Positions 39,401-50,962 of a stretch of 64,000 nucleotides of DNA are shown here, piece by piece. Within the stretch, counting starts at the first letter, position 1, and each line of letters opens with the position of its first letter. The notes below the pieces were generated by a model, which saw nothing but the letters and a program-made list of their open reading frames with translations, ran no database searches and was not told where the DNA came from. Source of the stretch: Camelus ferus (taxonomy: Eukaryota). Made by a program: the position numbers and the translations under genes. The stretch spans positions 113,834,001 to 113,898,000 of the forward strand of contig NC_045697.1 of NCBI RefSeq assembly GCF_009834535.1, in the 5' to 3' direction.

Positions 39401-40759
39401 GGGGGGAGGTTCTTTTATTTCAACTGACCTGATTCCTAAAACACACAGGAGACTCGTAGCCAGATGATTCACTAGAATGAGTTAAATGAAAGGAGAAATT
39501 AAAAAAAAAAAAACTAATTCCTGAATCCCAAAAGCTAGAATGATTTCTGTTACATAAGGAAAGCACCATCTTATTTATTAAAAAATACATTTCATTAATC
39601 AAAAAATCTCAAATAAAAAACCAGTAATTGTCAGTGGATCCTGTATCAGTAAATATATATTATTGTACAAATTTACAGATGTGGTGTTGGTACTGCTAAC
39701 TAATTATCTGGAAATGTCAAAAAGTTATAAATATTGCTGGTATCTGATGATAATACTCTTGAATACATATTTTTGTGTGAGATGAATAACAGAATTTCAT
39801 AGTTGGATACAATTATACCAATTACCAAAAATACTAGTTTTCATCTAGTAATCAACTGTCTATGTATTAAAATATTGGTCTTCAAATATCGTTTCTACCA
39901 ACACCTTACAATACTTGTGCAGAACTCTAAAGCCCCTCACATCTTTTTATATATATTTAATTTTTCATCATAAGTTTAAAAAGTTCCAAAGGATATTTTC
40001 TGACCTACTTTGTATTGTATATATGGATTAAATATATTTTCTTGAAATTTTGAAGCTGCTGATTTATCTTATTGAAATTATGAATAATGTCATGGCGTTA
40101 CTTAATCAGCAAAAAACTCTCATTGTCACACAAATCAGCCAAGTCAGACTAAGTTTCTGTCGTGAGAAAATTCTGAATTCATTTTCATTTCTAATAAGCC
40201 TGCTAATGGGTCTCCCCTAGACAACCATCTCACTTTGGGGTTTTCATTCTAATGTAATCCCTGTGAAATAATTCACACCCCAGGCACAAATCCTTTCTTA
40301 AAATTCAAATATTCTATCACAGGAGAGAATGCTCTTGGTTTTGTAATCCAAAAGTGGAAAATGTATCTCAGCCAGCAAGCTCCTGGATGACAGAGGACAC
40401 CTTTCTTCTGAAAAGTGGGCGACTGCCTATTGCATAAGAGGAGCAGGGCAGCAAAGCATTGCTTCTTCTCAGTCCGACCGCTCTTAGGAAGTTGTACATT
40501 TGAAGTTGTACAAGAGTCTGATACAGATTCTCTTAAAATTATTTGTGGTTGTACCACGTTCATGGGTACCTCCGCGCTTTTGCAAAATTAAATTTAAGGA
40601 CTTAACGCAGAATAACTTAGCCAATATATGCTTTAATTTACACTACCAGGAGAAATTTTAATTATGATTGTTGAACTGCTGTCTTTTAAAACCATTTTTT
40701 ATTTTCTTATGGACTATAGTTATGCCCCACATTTAGTAAACTAGAATGACGACTTAACT

Positions 40760-40950
40760 CTTGCTCATTAGCGAAGATATTTATTTGAGTATCTCTTTTA
40801 AGTATCGTACCAACTCTAAGATGAATAATATGGTATTTTTTAGTTAAAGAAATGAAGTTAAAGTTATTTAACTTGTCTAAGTTCACACAAATAGCAAGGG
40901 TTAAAGCTAGAATTAGAACTCAGATTTTTGTTACCTCAGCAAACCTCTAC
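40760..40950 (-). mobile_element. Diverged MIR SINE
   Basis: AAAGAAATGAAG..AAAGTTATTTAACTTGTCTAAGTTCACACAAATAGCAAG..AGCTAGAATTAGAACTCAG. Confidence 0.6.
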
Positions 40951-41254
40951 TGTCTATCCTATTCTTGAATTGATTTTGTTTTTTTGAACAAATACAATTA
41001 AAGTAAACCAGTATTTTAATTTGAATATAATCTGTAATCTGTGTCTATATGTTTACACACACTCATTATTTTTCCAACTAAATTTTACTAGAAATGTATG
41101 TGCTGGCAATTAAATTTTTAAATAAAAAATTTAAGTCTTCAGGATTTGAAGATATATTAAAAAAACTAAATTTGAGAATATCAACTAACTAATTTGAGTG
41201 TCTGGATTAGAAATATTATGTTTCTTATTGAATATTTTGTGGGTTTTTTCTTTT

Positions 41255-41480
41255 CTTAATTTTTAAAATTGAAGCGTAGTTGATTTGTAATGTTAGTTTT
41301 AGGTGTACAGCAAAGCAATTCTGTTATGCATTTACATACATATATATTCAGATTCTTTTTCATTATATGTTATTACAAGAAATTGAATATAAGAATTCAA
41401 GGAATTACAAGAAATTGAACAACAAGGTTCAATTGTGCTACTGTATAGCACAGGAAACTGTGTTCAATTTCTTGTAATAT
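41255..41480 (-). mobile_element. Short artiodactyl-type L1 3'-end insertion with inverted segment
   Basis: TTGAAGCGTAGTTGATTTGTAATGTT..AGGTGTACAGCAAAG..TATTACAAGAAATTGAATAT (antisense tail), followed by sense CTACTGTATAGCACAGGAAACT..TTCAATTTCTTGTAATA. Confidence 0.75.
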
Positions 41481-42004
41481 TTTGTGATTTTAAACACAAT
41501 TATCCCATATTCTTGTTAAAATTCTGCATTTAAGCCTGACTGCATTCAACCACAATACAGTAAAATGCAGGATTATTTAGCTCTCCAGTTGCTGAACAGA
41601 TATAAAAAGTATGATAATTTTGTAAAATATTTTGGACTCTGATAGACTAATTAGATTAATTCCTATGTATTGAGTGAGAACAATGTATATTAATGAGAAT
41701 AAAGTTCAAGTGGTCCTGAAACCTCCCTGGCAGAAAACTATGATAGTGATTGATAAAGGCGGTGAGTCTAAGTGACTGCTTAGTTCATGTGATCTTGCCT
41801 GTGATCCATCAAATGTATTGCAGAGAAAAGTTTATGAAAGGCTGCTCTGGGTAGGCACCTAGGGTGCAGTTGCTAAGAAACCAGCACAGGGTCAAACACG
41901 GCCCCCATGCCAACTGTCTTATGCAGACTGTGATATCTGAGTACACCTTAAGATTTGAAAAAATATATGTACATAAACAAGATATAGAAGAAAAACACAC
42001 TAGG

Positions 42005-42370
42005 TAGTGGAGGGCTAGTAAATTAAAAAATAACCCCACCCCAAAACAAAAGCCTACCTTTAGTGCTGTCCATGCTGTAAATTCTCTTACCATAACCAAT
42101 TTCAAGTTACCAAATGAGTTGTCAAGTCATGCAGGTGCACTCCATTGCATAGTACCTTCACATGACTGATAACAATTGACCTGCGTTACGTCAAGCATTT
42201 CAATGAAAGTGAAATGTTATAATGGCAAAAAATAAAGTAATGCATATTGAGTATTTATTTTTGCATTTAACATAATTTAATTACACATTTATAACAGTGA
42301 ATTTTTAATAATTACTGTGTTTAACAACCAGCTTGCAAAAGTCCTGAAAATTTGACTGTTAGAGCAGTAA
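42005..42370 (+). mobile_element. MER63-like (hAT-Blackjack) DNA transposon
   Basis: TAGTGG..GCTAGTAAAT..TGTAAATTCTCTTACCATAACCAATTTCAAGTTACC and TGTGTTTAACAACCAGCTTGCAAAAGTCCTGAAAATTT. Confidence 0.7.
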
Positions 42371-42689
42371 TAGTTTATCTCCTTTCATCTGCCTGGTGAA
42401 CATAAAACTATTTCTCTCTGCTAAAAGTAGCTCATGTACTCCAGGTGGACAGCCTAAAATATGGGTGGGTGTGGATGACAGATTCAGCTTTATTCCTGAG
42501 TTGAGGCTGACAAACACAAGATGAAATTGAGCATCTAAGATTGAGGTGGCTACTTCATTGCTAAGTCCTTTTAATCATATTCCCTTTAAATAAGTAGTTG
42601 TCTATATAAGAATGATTAACTATGATATATTAATGTGAACCCAGTCACCCTGAGAGCTGAGATAACAACTAAAATCAAAATCAGTGGCA

Positions 42690-43425
42690 ATTCTTGCTAA
42701 CTCAGTAAGGCAAGAAATCAAAATGAAAGGAAGACGTAACATTGATTTTGTTTGCAGATGACAGATCATCTATGTAAAAAGTCTGAAAAAATTGACAACT
42801 CTTGGAACTAATAAGCGGTTTCAGCAAGACACAAGTTTAATATATAAAAGTCAAGTGCTTTCCTATGTACTAGTCCTGAATAGGTGGAATTTGAAATTTA
42901 AAACACAATAGCACTTACAATTAGCACCTAGAAATTTTAAATACTTAGGAATAAACCTAACAATTTATGTACAAGATCTGTATGATGACAACTACAAAAC
43001 GCTAATGAACAGAATCAAAGGACTAAATAAATGAAGAGAAGTTCCATGTTCATGGATAGAAAGACTCAATTCTGTCAAGATGTCATTTCCTCTCAATTTC
43101 ACCTATAGATTCAATGCAATCTCAGTTAAATTCCCAGCAACTTATTTAATGGATATTGACAAGTGATTCTAAATTTTGTATTAAGAAGTAAAAGACCCAG
43201 AATAGCTGATACAATATTCAAAGAGAAGAACAAGTTGGAAGACTGATGTCACCTGACTTCAAGATTTACTATAAATTTACAGTAATCAAGCCAGTGTGGT
43301 ACAGGCAGAAGTGTAGACAAATAGATCTAAGGAGCAGAATAGAGAGCCCATAAATAACCCCTCATAACATAGTCAACTGACCTCTGATGAAGGAGCAAAG
43401 GCAACACAACAAAGCAAAGAGTGTT
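42690..43425 (+). mobile_element. L1 ORF2 fragment (RT to C-terminal region)
   Basis: TTTGCAGATGAC (FADD), AAATACTTAGGAATAAACCTAAC (KYLGINLT), CCATGTTCATGGATAGAAAGACTCAAT, CCTGACTTCAAG..TACTATAAA. Confidence 0.85.
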
Positions 43426-43722
43426 GTTGGATTTCCAAAAATTTGTGAATTTTCTAATTACATTTCTAACTTCACTCCATTGACATATCCCATATCCCAT
43501 GTATAGTTCAAATCTATTGAGACTTAATATATGGCCTAACATAAATTCTGTTCTGGAAAATGTTCTATGTGCACTAGAGAAGAGTGTAAACACTTTTGTT
43601 GGATGGAGTATTCTGCACATGTCTATGAAATTCAGCTAGTTAATTGTGTTACTTAAGTCCTCTGTTTTCTTCTTTACTTTCTTTTTGCTTGTTCTACCAT
43701 ATTGAGAATGGGGTATTGAATG
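43426..43722 (-). mobile_element. L1 ORF2 endonuclease-region fragment, inverted relative to its neighbour
   Basis: Minus ORF RILHPTKVFTLFSSAHRTFSRTEFMLGH resembles L1 EN RTLHP..YTFFSSAHGTFSRIDH.LGH. Confidence 0.8.
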
Positions 43723-44344
43723 GGGACAATAGAAAGGAAAAATAATGTAGAATTTTGGTATAAAGTACTACTGTAAATATGGATATTCACAGAGAGCCTG
43801 TAGAACACATTGCTTACTTTGGAAGAACGTTATTGCATATAATCTTCATTGTTACATATTACAGTTAGTTACCATCTGTGTAATACTCCATACCTTTGTT
43901 ATTGGACACAAAGAATCATCTATATATTTCCAAAGAAGTGACATCAACTATTTAGAGAAAATATTTACACGTTTGAAAGGGTCCTTGGGTTTGGAAAGGA
44001 CCAATCTTCCTGAATTTTGTCCTTTAAGTCATCTTCTAGAATCTCACATGTCCTATCTGGATGCAATCATGCTCTCATGCTGTTAAGACAAATGAATGAT
44101 TCCTATAAACTTCAGTGAGTTCTTACCTACCATTCATCTTCATTCCACCTCCAATGTGTGCTGTACTCAGCAAGCTTAAAATTGGTCAAGGTTATGAAGC
44201 AAATGGTCTTTGGAGATGAATGCTGGAGTGGACAATCAGATTTTGACAAGGAGAAAATAAAGTATTTCAGAGTTTTTGACAAGTGAGCCCTGTCCAAAGA
44301 AAATGCTCTAGGTAAGCTGAGAGTTCGAGATTTGCAGATACTAA

Positions 44345-44492
44345 CTACTATATTCAATATCTTGTAGCAAAGTATAATAAAAAAGAATATGAAAAGGAAT
44401 ATATATATATGTATATGTATGACTGAAACAGTATGCTGTACGTCAGAAACTGACACAACATTGTAAACTGACTGTACTTCAATAAAAAAAAA
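44345..44492 (+). mobile_element. Short artiodactyl-type L1 3'-end insertion
   Basis: CTATATTCAATATCTTGTA..GAATATGAAAAGGAATATATAT..TGCTGTACGTCAGAAACTGACACAACATTGTAAACTGACTGTACTTCAATAAAAAAAAA. Confidence 0.8.
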
Positions 44493-47356
44493 CTGCTCTG
44501 GGTGTTAAATTGTTGAAAGATTGTCATCAACTGGAAACATAACTTTGATCTTGAGATTATTACCATCAGCTGACACAACTCTTGAAATATTAGTATGCAT
44601 CCACATCTCAGAGAACACAACGATTTTGAATTGGAATAGAAAGTCCAGCACTGCTACCATTTCATTTCCACTACAGCACTCACTGCAATGTGCCTTCTTG
44701 TACAATTAGATGTCTGTCTGGTTTACTCAATTGATTTAGAGGAATTAATATATCTGCCTATTTAGCTAATAGATACTGAGTGCTGAATAATTGCACCTGG
44801 GGGAAAGAGATCTTCGATGTCTCTTGCCATTTTATTTCCCCATCCACAGAAAAGAGGGGTTATTATGAATAGTTCAGTTTGAAGGATATTCTAGTCTTTG
44901 AATACTAAAAGTTTTAGCAGAGCTAGACTGTTGGTGCTTATGAGATTTTGTCATTAACTCTTCTGCTATTTTATGATCAAAATAGTAAAGACCGGCACTA
45001 ACTCATGTGAGGTGATTTCTCCAGGAAGAATTGTTGTGTTCACACACTTTAGCATTAAGGCAAAGGATTTATGCCATGATCCAAGAAGGTTCTAGAGTAT
45101 ACAGTTTCAGCCCACTCTGTGGCAGGCATCAGGGATAAATTTTGTTATTTTTGTTGCTTGATTTTTTTTACTTTGGTATTAAAGTTTGGGTCCATACTCT
45201 CAGCTAATAAATCACTACTTTGCTTTTCCATTGTCTACTCCCATTCATCTGAACAGTACATTGGGTGGGAAGATGGTTGGACCAACATCAAGTTTATTCA
45301 TTCCTGTTTTTTTGGCTTATTAATAATTATAATACACTATAACACTTTAATACCACCAAATCATTGCTCACATAATATGCATTTTTACATTGGGACCTCT
45401 TCCTTCATAGCTAGTAGAAGTTATTTAATTTCCTTAGCTTCAATTTTAAAAATTTTTTTTATTGAATTATAGTTGATTTACAGGGTTATGATCTCAGCTT
45501 CACTTTAAAGTATGTCTTTTATGCTTTTAATATAAATTAGAAAATAACCTTATCCTATTGTACTGAATTCCAAACCTTAAAGGATTCAGCACCATTTTAT
45601 CGCCGTTAACAACCAGGAGACTAATCGGGGAAAAGGTTAATCATCTTGTAAAACTTTGTCTATAATTTGAGATATTTCTTCCAGAAGGTCTTCTCTCTCA
45701 TCTTTCCAAATATCAAAAATCACAAGATATCTTCTGTGAAACATAAAAATAGCAAAATATAAAAAAATAAAATTATACACAACATTTTCAACTTCTGAGA
45801 AACTACAGGTATCCAGCAACATGTATTTTAAAATAAATTTAGAGTTTTAGGTGAAAAACTACAAGTCAGTTCATTTCAATCAAATTTAATTTTTTAAAAA
45901 CATGAACATTTCTTAAAGCAAATATTTAAGTTGCAGTTTTGTGCCCAGGAAATTTATTCTCAATTGTCTGAATGACATGGAATTATCTGTGGATCAACCA
46001 GGTACTTTATTTTAAACTTGAAGAAGATGGGACAGCATGCAGTAGAAGTCAATTTCAAAGAGAAGGCATGTTTTGAGGCATTATTTTTCAGTGAATCATT
46101 TTCATGACAAAAATTATAATAAGCTAAGTATGGTACAAAATCCATTTTTCTAACAAGGCTAGAAAATAGTATTAAATTGTACCATCCTCATTACCATCCT
46201 AAGGCAGTCACTTCACATTACTTTTTGCTCAGGTTGATACGTGCATTCACAGTCATTGCCAGACTTCCATTACCACCTTCCCTGCCATTTATCATTAGTA
46301 TAGGGTAGGTAGAAAGCCAAAAAGAAATCTAACGTGATAAGGAACACATAAAAGGAATACAGCAAGCAAAACGAAGTGTCCCAAATAATACTTCTTGCAT
46401 ATTCTGGTACTTTAGAAGTTAGGGGAAGAATATTATTTTTTCATTTGCTCCCTTTCTAATATTGTCATAACATCACTCATATGGGAAATATGCTAATAAG
46501 ATACTGTTCAACAAAGTCTGATCATGAGCAATTTATAAATTAATAAAGTAAAAGCTAGCACCTATCCCAGTCCCCTTCTCAGAATTCAGTGGAGATGAAA
46601 AGTACAGAACTGTGAGTGAAGGCTCAGGTGAAGTTACCCTACGGGGAGTCTGAGCTTGACCTTATGCCACTTTCCATCAGTGAGACCCGGTATCCTAGGA
46701 GCTGTCACCTTCAGTTCATGAAAGTCCCTACCTGAATCAAACCTGATCTGCGGCAAGCTGAGATGGAAACAGATTTCCTAACTATCTGGAAAAGTCATAG
46801 AGCCCAGTTAACAGGCAATCTCTTAGGAGTGGTTCACATCCTTATTAAGCATGATGGGCCAGTCTGTCCTCCAAAAATGAAGTACTCTGTGTCTTTCCAT
46901 ATCTTTTGCTATCAAATCCATGAGGCCATCCTAATAACTGCTGCAAAACGAGCAAGATGGGTTTTAAGAAAGGGAGTTAAGTAAGACAGTGAATCACGTA
47001 GAACCTCTCTTTATTGTTAGTAAAAATACCCATTGGATGTTCAGAAAAAAAATAATTATGCCATGAAAAAGAGAAACATGTGGCCAGACTAGGCATATGA
47101 TTGACTTATCTCAACTGTATTTAGACTCCAAGTCACTGGTTGTTTGCATGAGAATTGTAGCAGTACTATACATAGTGCCAGCAGTACCACAGGGGTACTA
47201 GTAGTACCACTGTAGTACTGTTATAGGTGCATAGTACTACCATGCCTAAGTCAAAACGTAAAATTAATCAACAGCTAAAAAAGAGCTAAAAGAGCTTAAT
47301 TAAGAGCTAAAATTAATTGAGAGGAGCACAGATATCAGTGGTATTGCATCCAGGAA

Positions 47357-47358
<2 letters not shown>

Positions 47359-47422
<64 letters not shown>
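47359..47422. repeat. Perfect (TAA)n microsatellite, about 21 units
   Basis: Uninterrupted TAATAA... run of 64 nt. Confidence 0.97.
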
Positions 47423-47423
<1 letters not shown>

Positions 47424-47619
47424 GCAGTGTCAGGCAATTAGACCAAAGTCCAGTGTGTATCTAAGGCAAGATTTTGGTCAATGTCCTTAATGATGATTAA
47501 CAAAAGAGAGAAATCAACACCCTCAAGTATGCTATTATCTTCCAAAATGGGAAAAAAATAAAACTAGCAATGCTTTTTTAAAACAAACGTACTTCTCATT
47601 AAAATTGAGACATTTTGAT

Positions 47620-48042
47620 TGTGTTAGATACGTTTACTGAGTTCTCAATATCCATTTGTTCCTCCTATGTGCCTTGTTCTATTTCTAAAAACTACATTTC
47701 CCAGAATCTCTTGCTGGATGTTCTAGATGCAAATTAAGTTTTACTAATTTTCTGCTGTCTCACTGGTGTTTTGCTCTTTTGTTCAGCAAGAAAAACCTAG
47801 AAGGACATGGGTGTCTCCTCAACACCTTCATGGATGCAGAAGGCGATGGCGGATTCAGGATGGCTTCCTTCTCCTGGCTTTTTCATTCCTGGATTGATAT
47901 GTTCATTTGTGGCCTCCTGATTCTCATTCACTTATCCTTTCTAATTATTTAGTAAAATTTACAAAATTTAGTGGATTAAATGTCTTTATGTTTAAACTAT
48001 CTGGAATGATTTTGTTTCTTGGAACAAAGTGCAACTAATACA
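47620..48042 (+). mobile_element. Old ERVL-class LTR (LTR33-like), possibly followed by internal remnants to ~48850
   Basis: AAACTACATTTCCCAGAATCTCTTGCT..GTTCTAGATGCAAATTAAGTTT; ATTAAATGTCTTT..TTTAAACTATCTGGAATGATTTTGTTTC..ACTAATACA. Confidence 0.55.
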
Positions 48043-49575
48043 AGCAACAAAAAAGTAGGAAATGGGGTTAGTTTATTTCTTCTGTTCAAAAGGATCATAA
48101 TTATTTTGCAAAACAAACTACATTTACCTGTGGAGCAGGCAGAGGTGCCAGGCATACAAACGCAAAGGAAAAAGTCTTTTTTCAATGTCTTGAAGAAAGA
48201 CATTATTTTCCAGTGGCAGCTCAAGATTGGTGCATCCACTATCTAATTATTAAATTTGAAATTTCTTCACTCAATCATTAAGTGAACAATGTGGACATAT
48301 CTTCAACATCAACCTATGAGTCCCATTCCCCTGAGATCAGCAAAAGAGAAGAAAGAGACCATTGAAAATGTCAGAGGAATGAGTACATACCACTGAAAAA
48401 TCCTACATATCTTTTGAAAAAAGAAAGGAACCATAAAAGAATGCAGAGAAGTGCATTAAGGATGCACTACTGACACATTCTACATTAAAAACAGAGAAAA
48501 CCTGAAGTCACTGATCATAGTTGTAAAACAAAACATGGCTTCCCACTGATTATATTCCTTCCATAAAACTTTTTATTATCTTATGGAAACCCAGCAATTT
48601 TTAGGGAAAGAAATATGATCACCAATGCTATTAAACGACATCATGGAGGACTCTACTCAGCAAATGGAAGTTGATTGACAAGCCACCATCTCAATCTTTT
48701 TCCAGTAGTTTGCAAATCAAAAAAGCATAAAAGGAAGCCATGCAGGGTCTTATTACCAATTATTAAACAAATGCCAGATGTAAGAAAACTGTAACTCTTC
48801 CTGTAACAAGAGACATTTGGAAAACATGCAACTTTCAACTAATCAGGCCCCCTGCAAGGCACTGAGGTTGTTCTTCTACCTGCAGTACTCTTTCTAGAAT
48901 TTACTCTAGCATGAGTTTATTGCTTGTGCCTTTTCTCTGTTTTCATTCCTCTGAAGGATATTTGCACTGGAGCTAGAGTTCTGGGATGATAGCTGACTTT
49001 CTTTCAGTGTTTAAAAAAAAAGTGTTATACTTTGTTTTCTTCTGTTGAGAAGTCAGATTTAAGCTTATTGTTTCCACTGAATTTTATTTTCCCAAGCTGA
49101 TTTTCTCCACCAATTTCTGAGGATATAACACATACAGAGTGTGTTTTTGCAGTAGAATTAAATTAGAAACCAGTAACAACATGAAAACCAGAAGATATTC
49201 AGTGCTTGGAAATTAAGCAATACACTCCTATGCAATTGATGGGTCCAAGAACAAATCATAATAGGTTTTAAATAACACTTCGAAACAAGTGTTAATAAAA
49301 AATATTCCATATCAAACCTTGACGGATGCAGCTTGATAATCTTGACAGAAGGATAATCTCTTTAAAGCATATAATAGAAAACAAGACTGAAAATCAGTGA
49401 ACCAAGCATTCTCCTTAGAATTTAGAAAGCTAAATAGCAAATTAAAGTAAAAGTGTGAAAAGAATGAAATAATAGAGTCAACAGAAGAAATTAATAAAAG
49501 ACACATACTAAAGTTGGCTTAGTGAAAATTGGTTTTTGAGATAATAAAATTGATATATCTGTAGAAACAAATCTA

Positions 49576-49716
49576 GGGGGAGGGGATGGCTCAGTGGTAG
49601 AGTGCCTGCCTAGCGTGCATAAGGTCCTGAGTTCGATCCCTAGTACCTCCACTTAAAAAACTAAGTAAATAAATAAACCTAATTATTTCCTCCCCCCCCA
49701 AAAAAATAAGAAAAAG
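49576..49716 (+). mobile_element. tRNA-derived SINE, camelid vic-1 type
   Basis: GGGGGAGGGGATGGCTCAGTGGTAGAGTGCCTGCCTAGCGTGCATAAGGTCCTGAGTTCGATCCCTAGTACCTCC carries Pol III A and B boxes, followed by an A-rich stretch, a C-run and an A tail. Confidence 0.9.
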
Positions 49717-49937
49717 AAATCCATAGAGAACCTGTACTTAAACTAAAGCATAAACAATACTAGTATTTAAAATATTAACACTACTATAGAACCTACAATT
49801 ATGATAATGTTATTAAATAGTTCTAGAAACACCACTGTGGGATAAATTTGAGCAATATATATCCAATGAATACACTCTTAGAAAAACAACTATAAATAAA
49901 ACTGACATAAAAATAGACTTTCAATATACACAAATGT

Positions 49938-49966
49938 GCACACACACACACACACACACATACACA
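49938..49966. repeat. (CA)n microsatellite
   Basis: GCACACACACACACACACACACATACACA. Confidence 0.9.
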
Positions 49967-50537
49967 GGCAATCCACAATTTCTTACAAAGAAAACTCAAC
50001 ATTCATGGCATCATGGTGAATGCAAGTAGACATCATAAAATTACCTGAGATAAGGGAAGCTGGGGAAAAGTGTGGTATGTGCCAGTCCCCTCCACCTTGT
50101 TCAAGGAGAAAGTTCAAATTCATGTAAGGATGCAGGAAGGGTAGCGTGTTAGTCTAGGTTCTGATCTACACTGGCTGTTATATTTCCATATACATTATTG
50201 AGGAGGTATAAGTGAATTTTATCACTGGCTCCCAGGGTGGGACGGGGGCTCACTTAAAATTTCCAGTATTTCCTCTCAAGGACTTAATAAACCATACATT
50301 TTTGGAACCATGAGGAGATTTGGGGGAGACTGTATAGATTTAGATAAAACTTTAGATTTAATAAAGATATAAAACAAAGACTCATTTTAATATATTAATG
50401 AAAAGCCACCTAACGGTGAATAAGCAGACAGTTTAAAAGTAAAGATATTATCTTTATCAAATGTATTAGAAAAGGAAGATAAAAGAATAAAAATATTCTA
50501 TTTATTATATTTTCCTTCTTTTTAAAATTTTTCATTC

Positions 50538-50962
50538 TGTAATAGAAAAGAACAAATTGGACTCCACATTAGATCTGTTCCTTTGGCTTTAACCCTGCGT
50601 CCTGTTTTCTAGGCTTGGTCTTGCTAGCTCTGCACTCACGTAAAGATAACAAGTTGCAGAACAGAGAATAACATTTGTCTTGTGGTTTACAGGGACACCA
50701 TGAGCTGGCCCACGCGATAGCTGTGGGAACGGGTAATTCCTACACCAAGAAGTTTGCAACAACCAACCACACCTCCTCCCCTTTTTTTGTGTAAAAGGAG
50801 CCCGTATTCTGACTGGGGAGGATGGTCCTCCAAGACATTAGTCCGCCAGCCTCTCGGTCTGCCAGCTTTCCGAATAAAGTCGCTATTCCTTGCCCCAACA
50901 CCTCGTATCCCGATTTATTGGCCTGTCGTGCGGCCAGCAGAATGAGTTTGGACTCGGTAACA
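50538..50962 (+). mobile_element. ERV1-class solo LTR (MER41-like artiodactyl family)
   Basis: TGTAA...GGTAACA termini, perfect 4-bp TSD ATTC (50534-50537 and 50963-50966), AATAAA at ~50873, many retained CpGs. Family name from recall only. Confidence 0.85.

Larger units (their letters stand above)
49100..50030 (+). mobile_element. Diverged L1 ORF2 fragment hosting a SINE and a (CA)n
   Basis: TGGAAATTAAGCAATACACTCC..TGGGTCCAAGAACAAATC..ATATCAAACCTTGACGGATGCAGCT. Confidence 0.65.

Noticed and set aside
44354..44709. Three overlapping ORFs
   Set aside because: No splice context or recognisable protein; partly overlaps an L1 tail.
49576..49650. tRNA gene (also 55583-55655)
   Set aside because: tRNA-like heads of SINEs with tails (and a TSD for the second copy); stems are degenerate.
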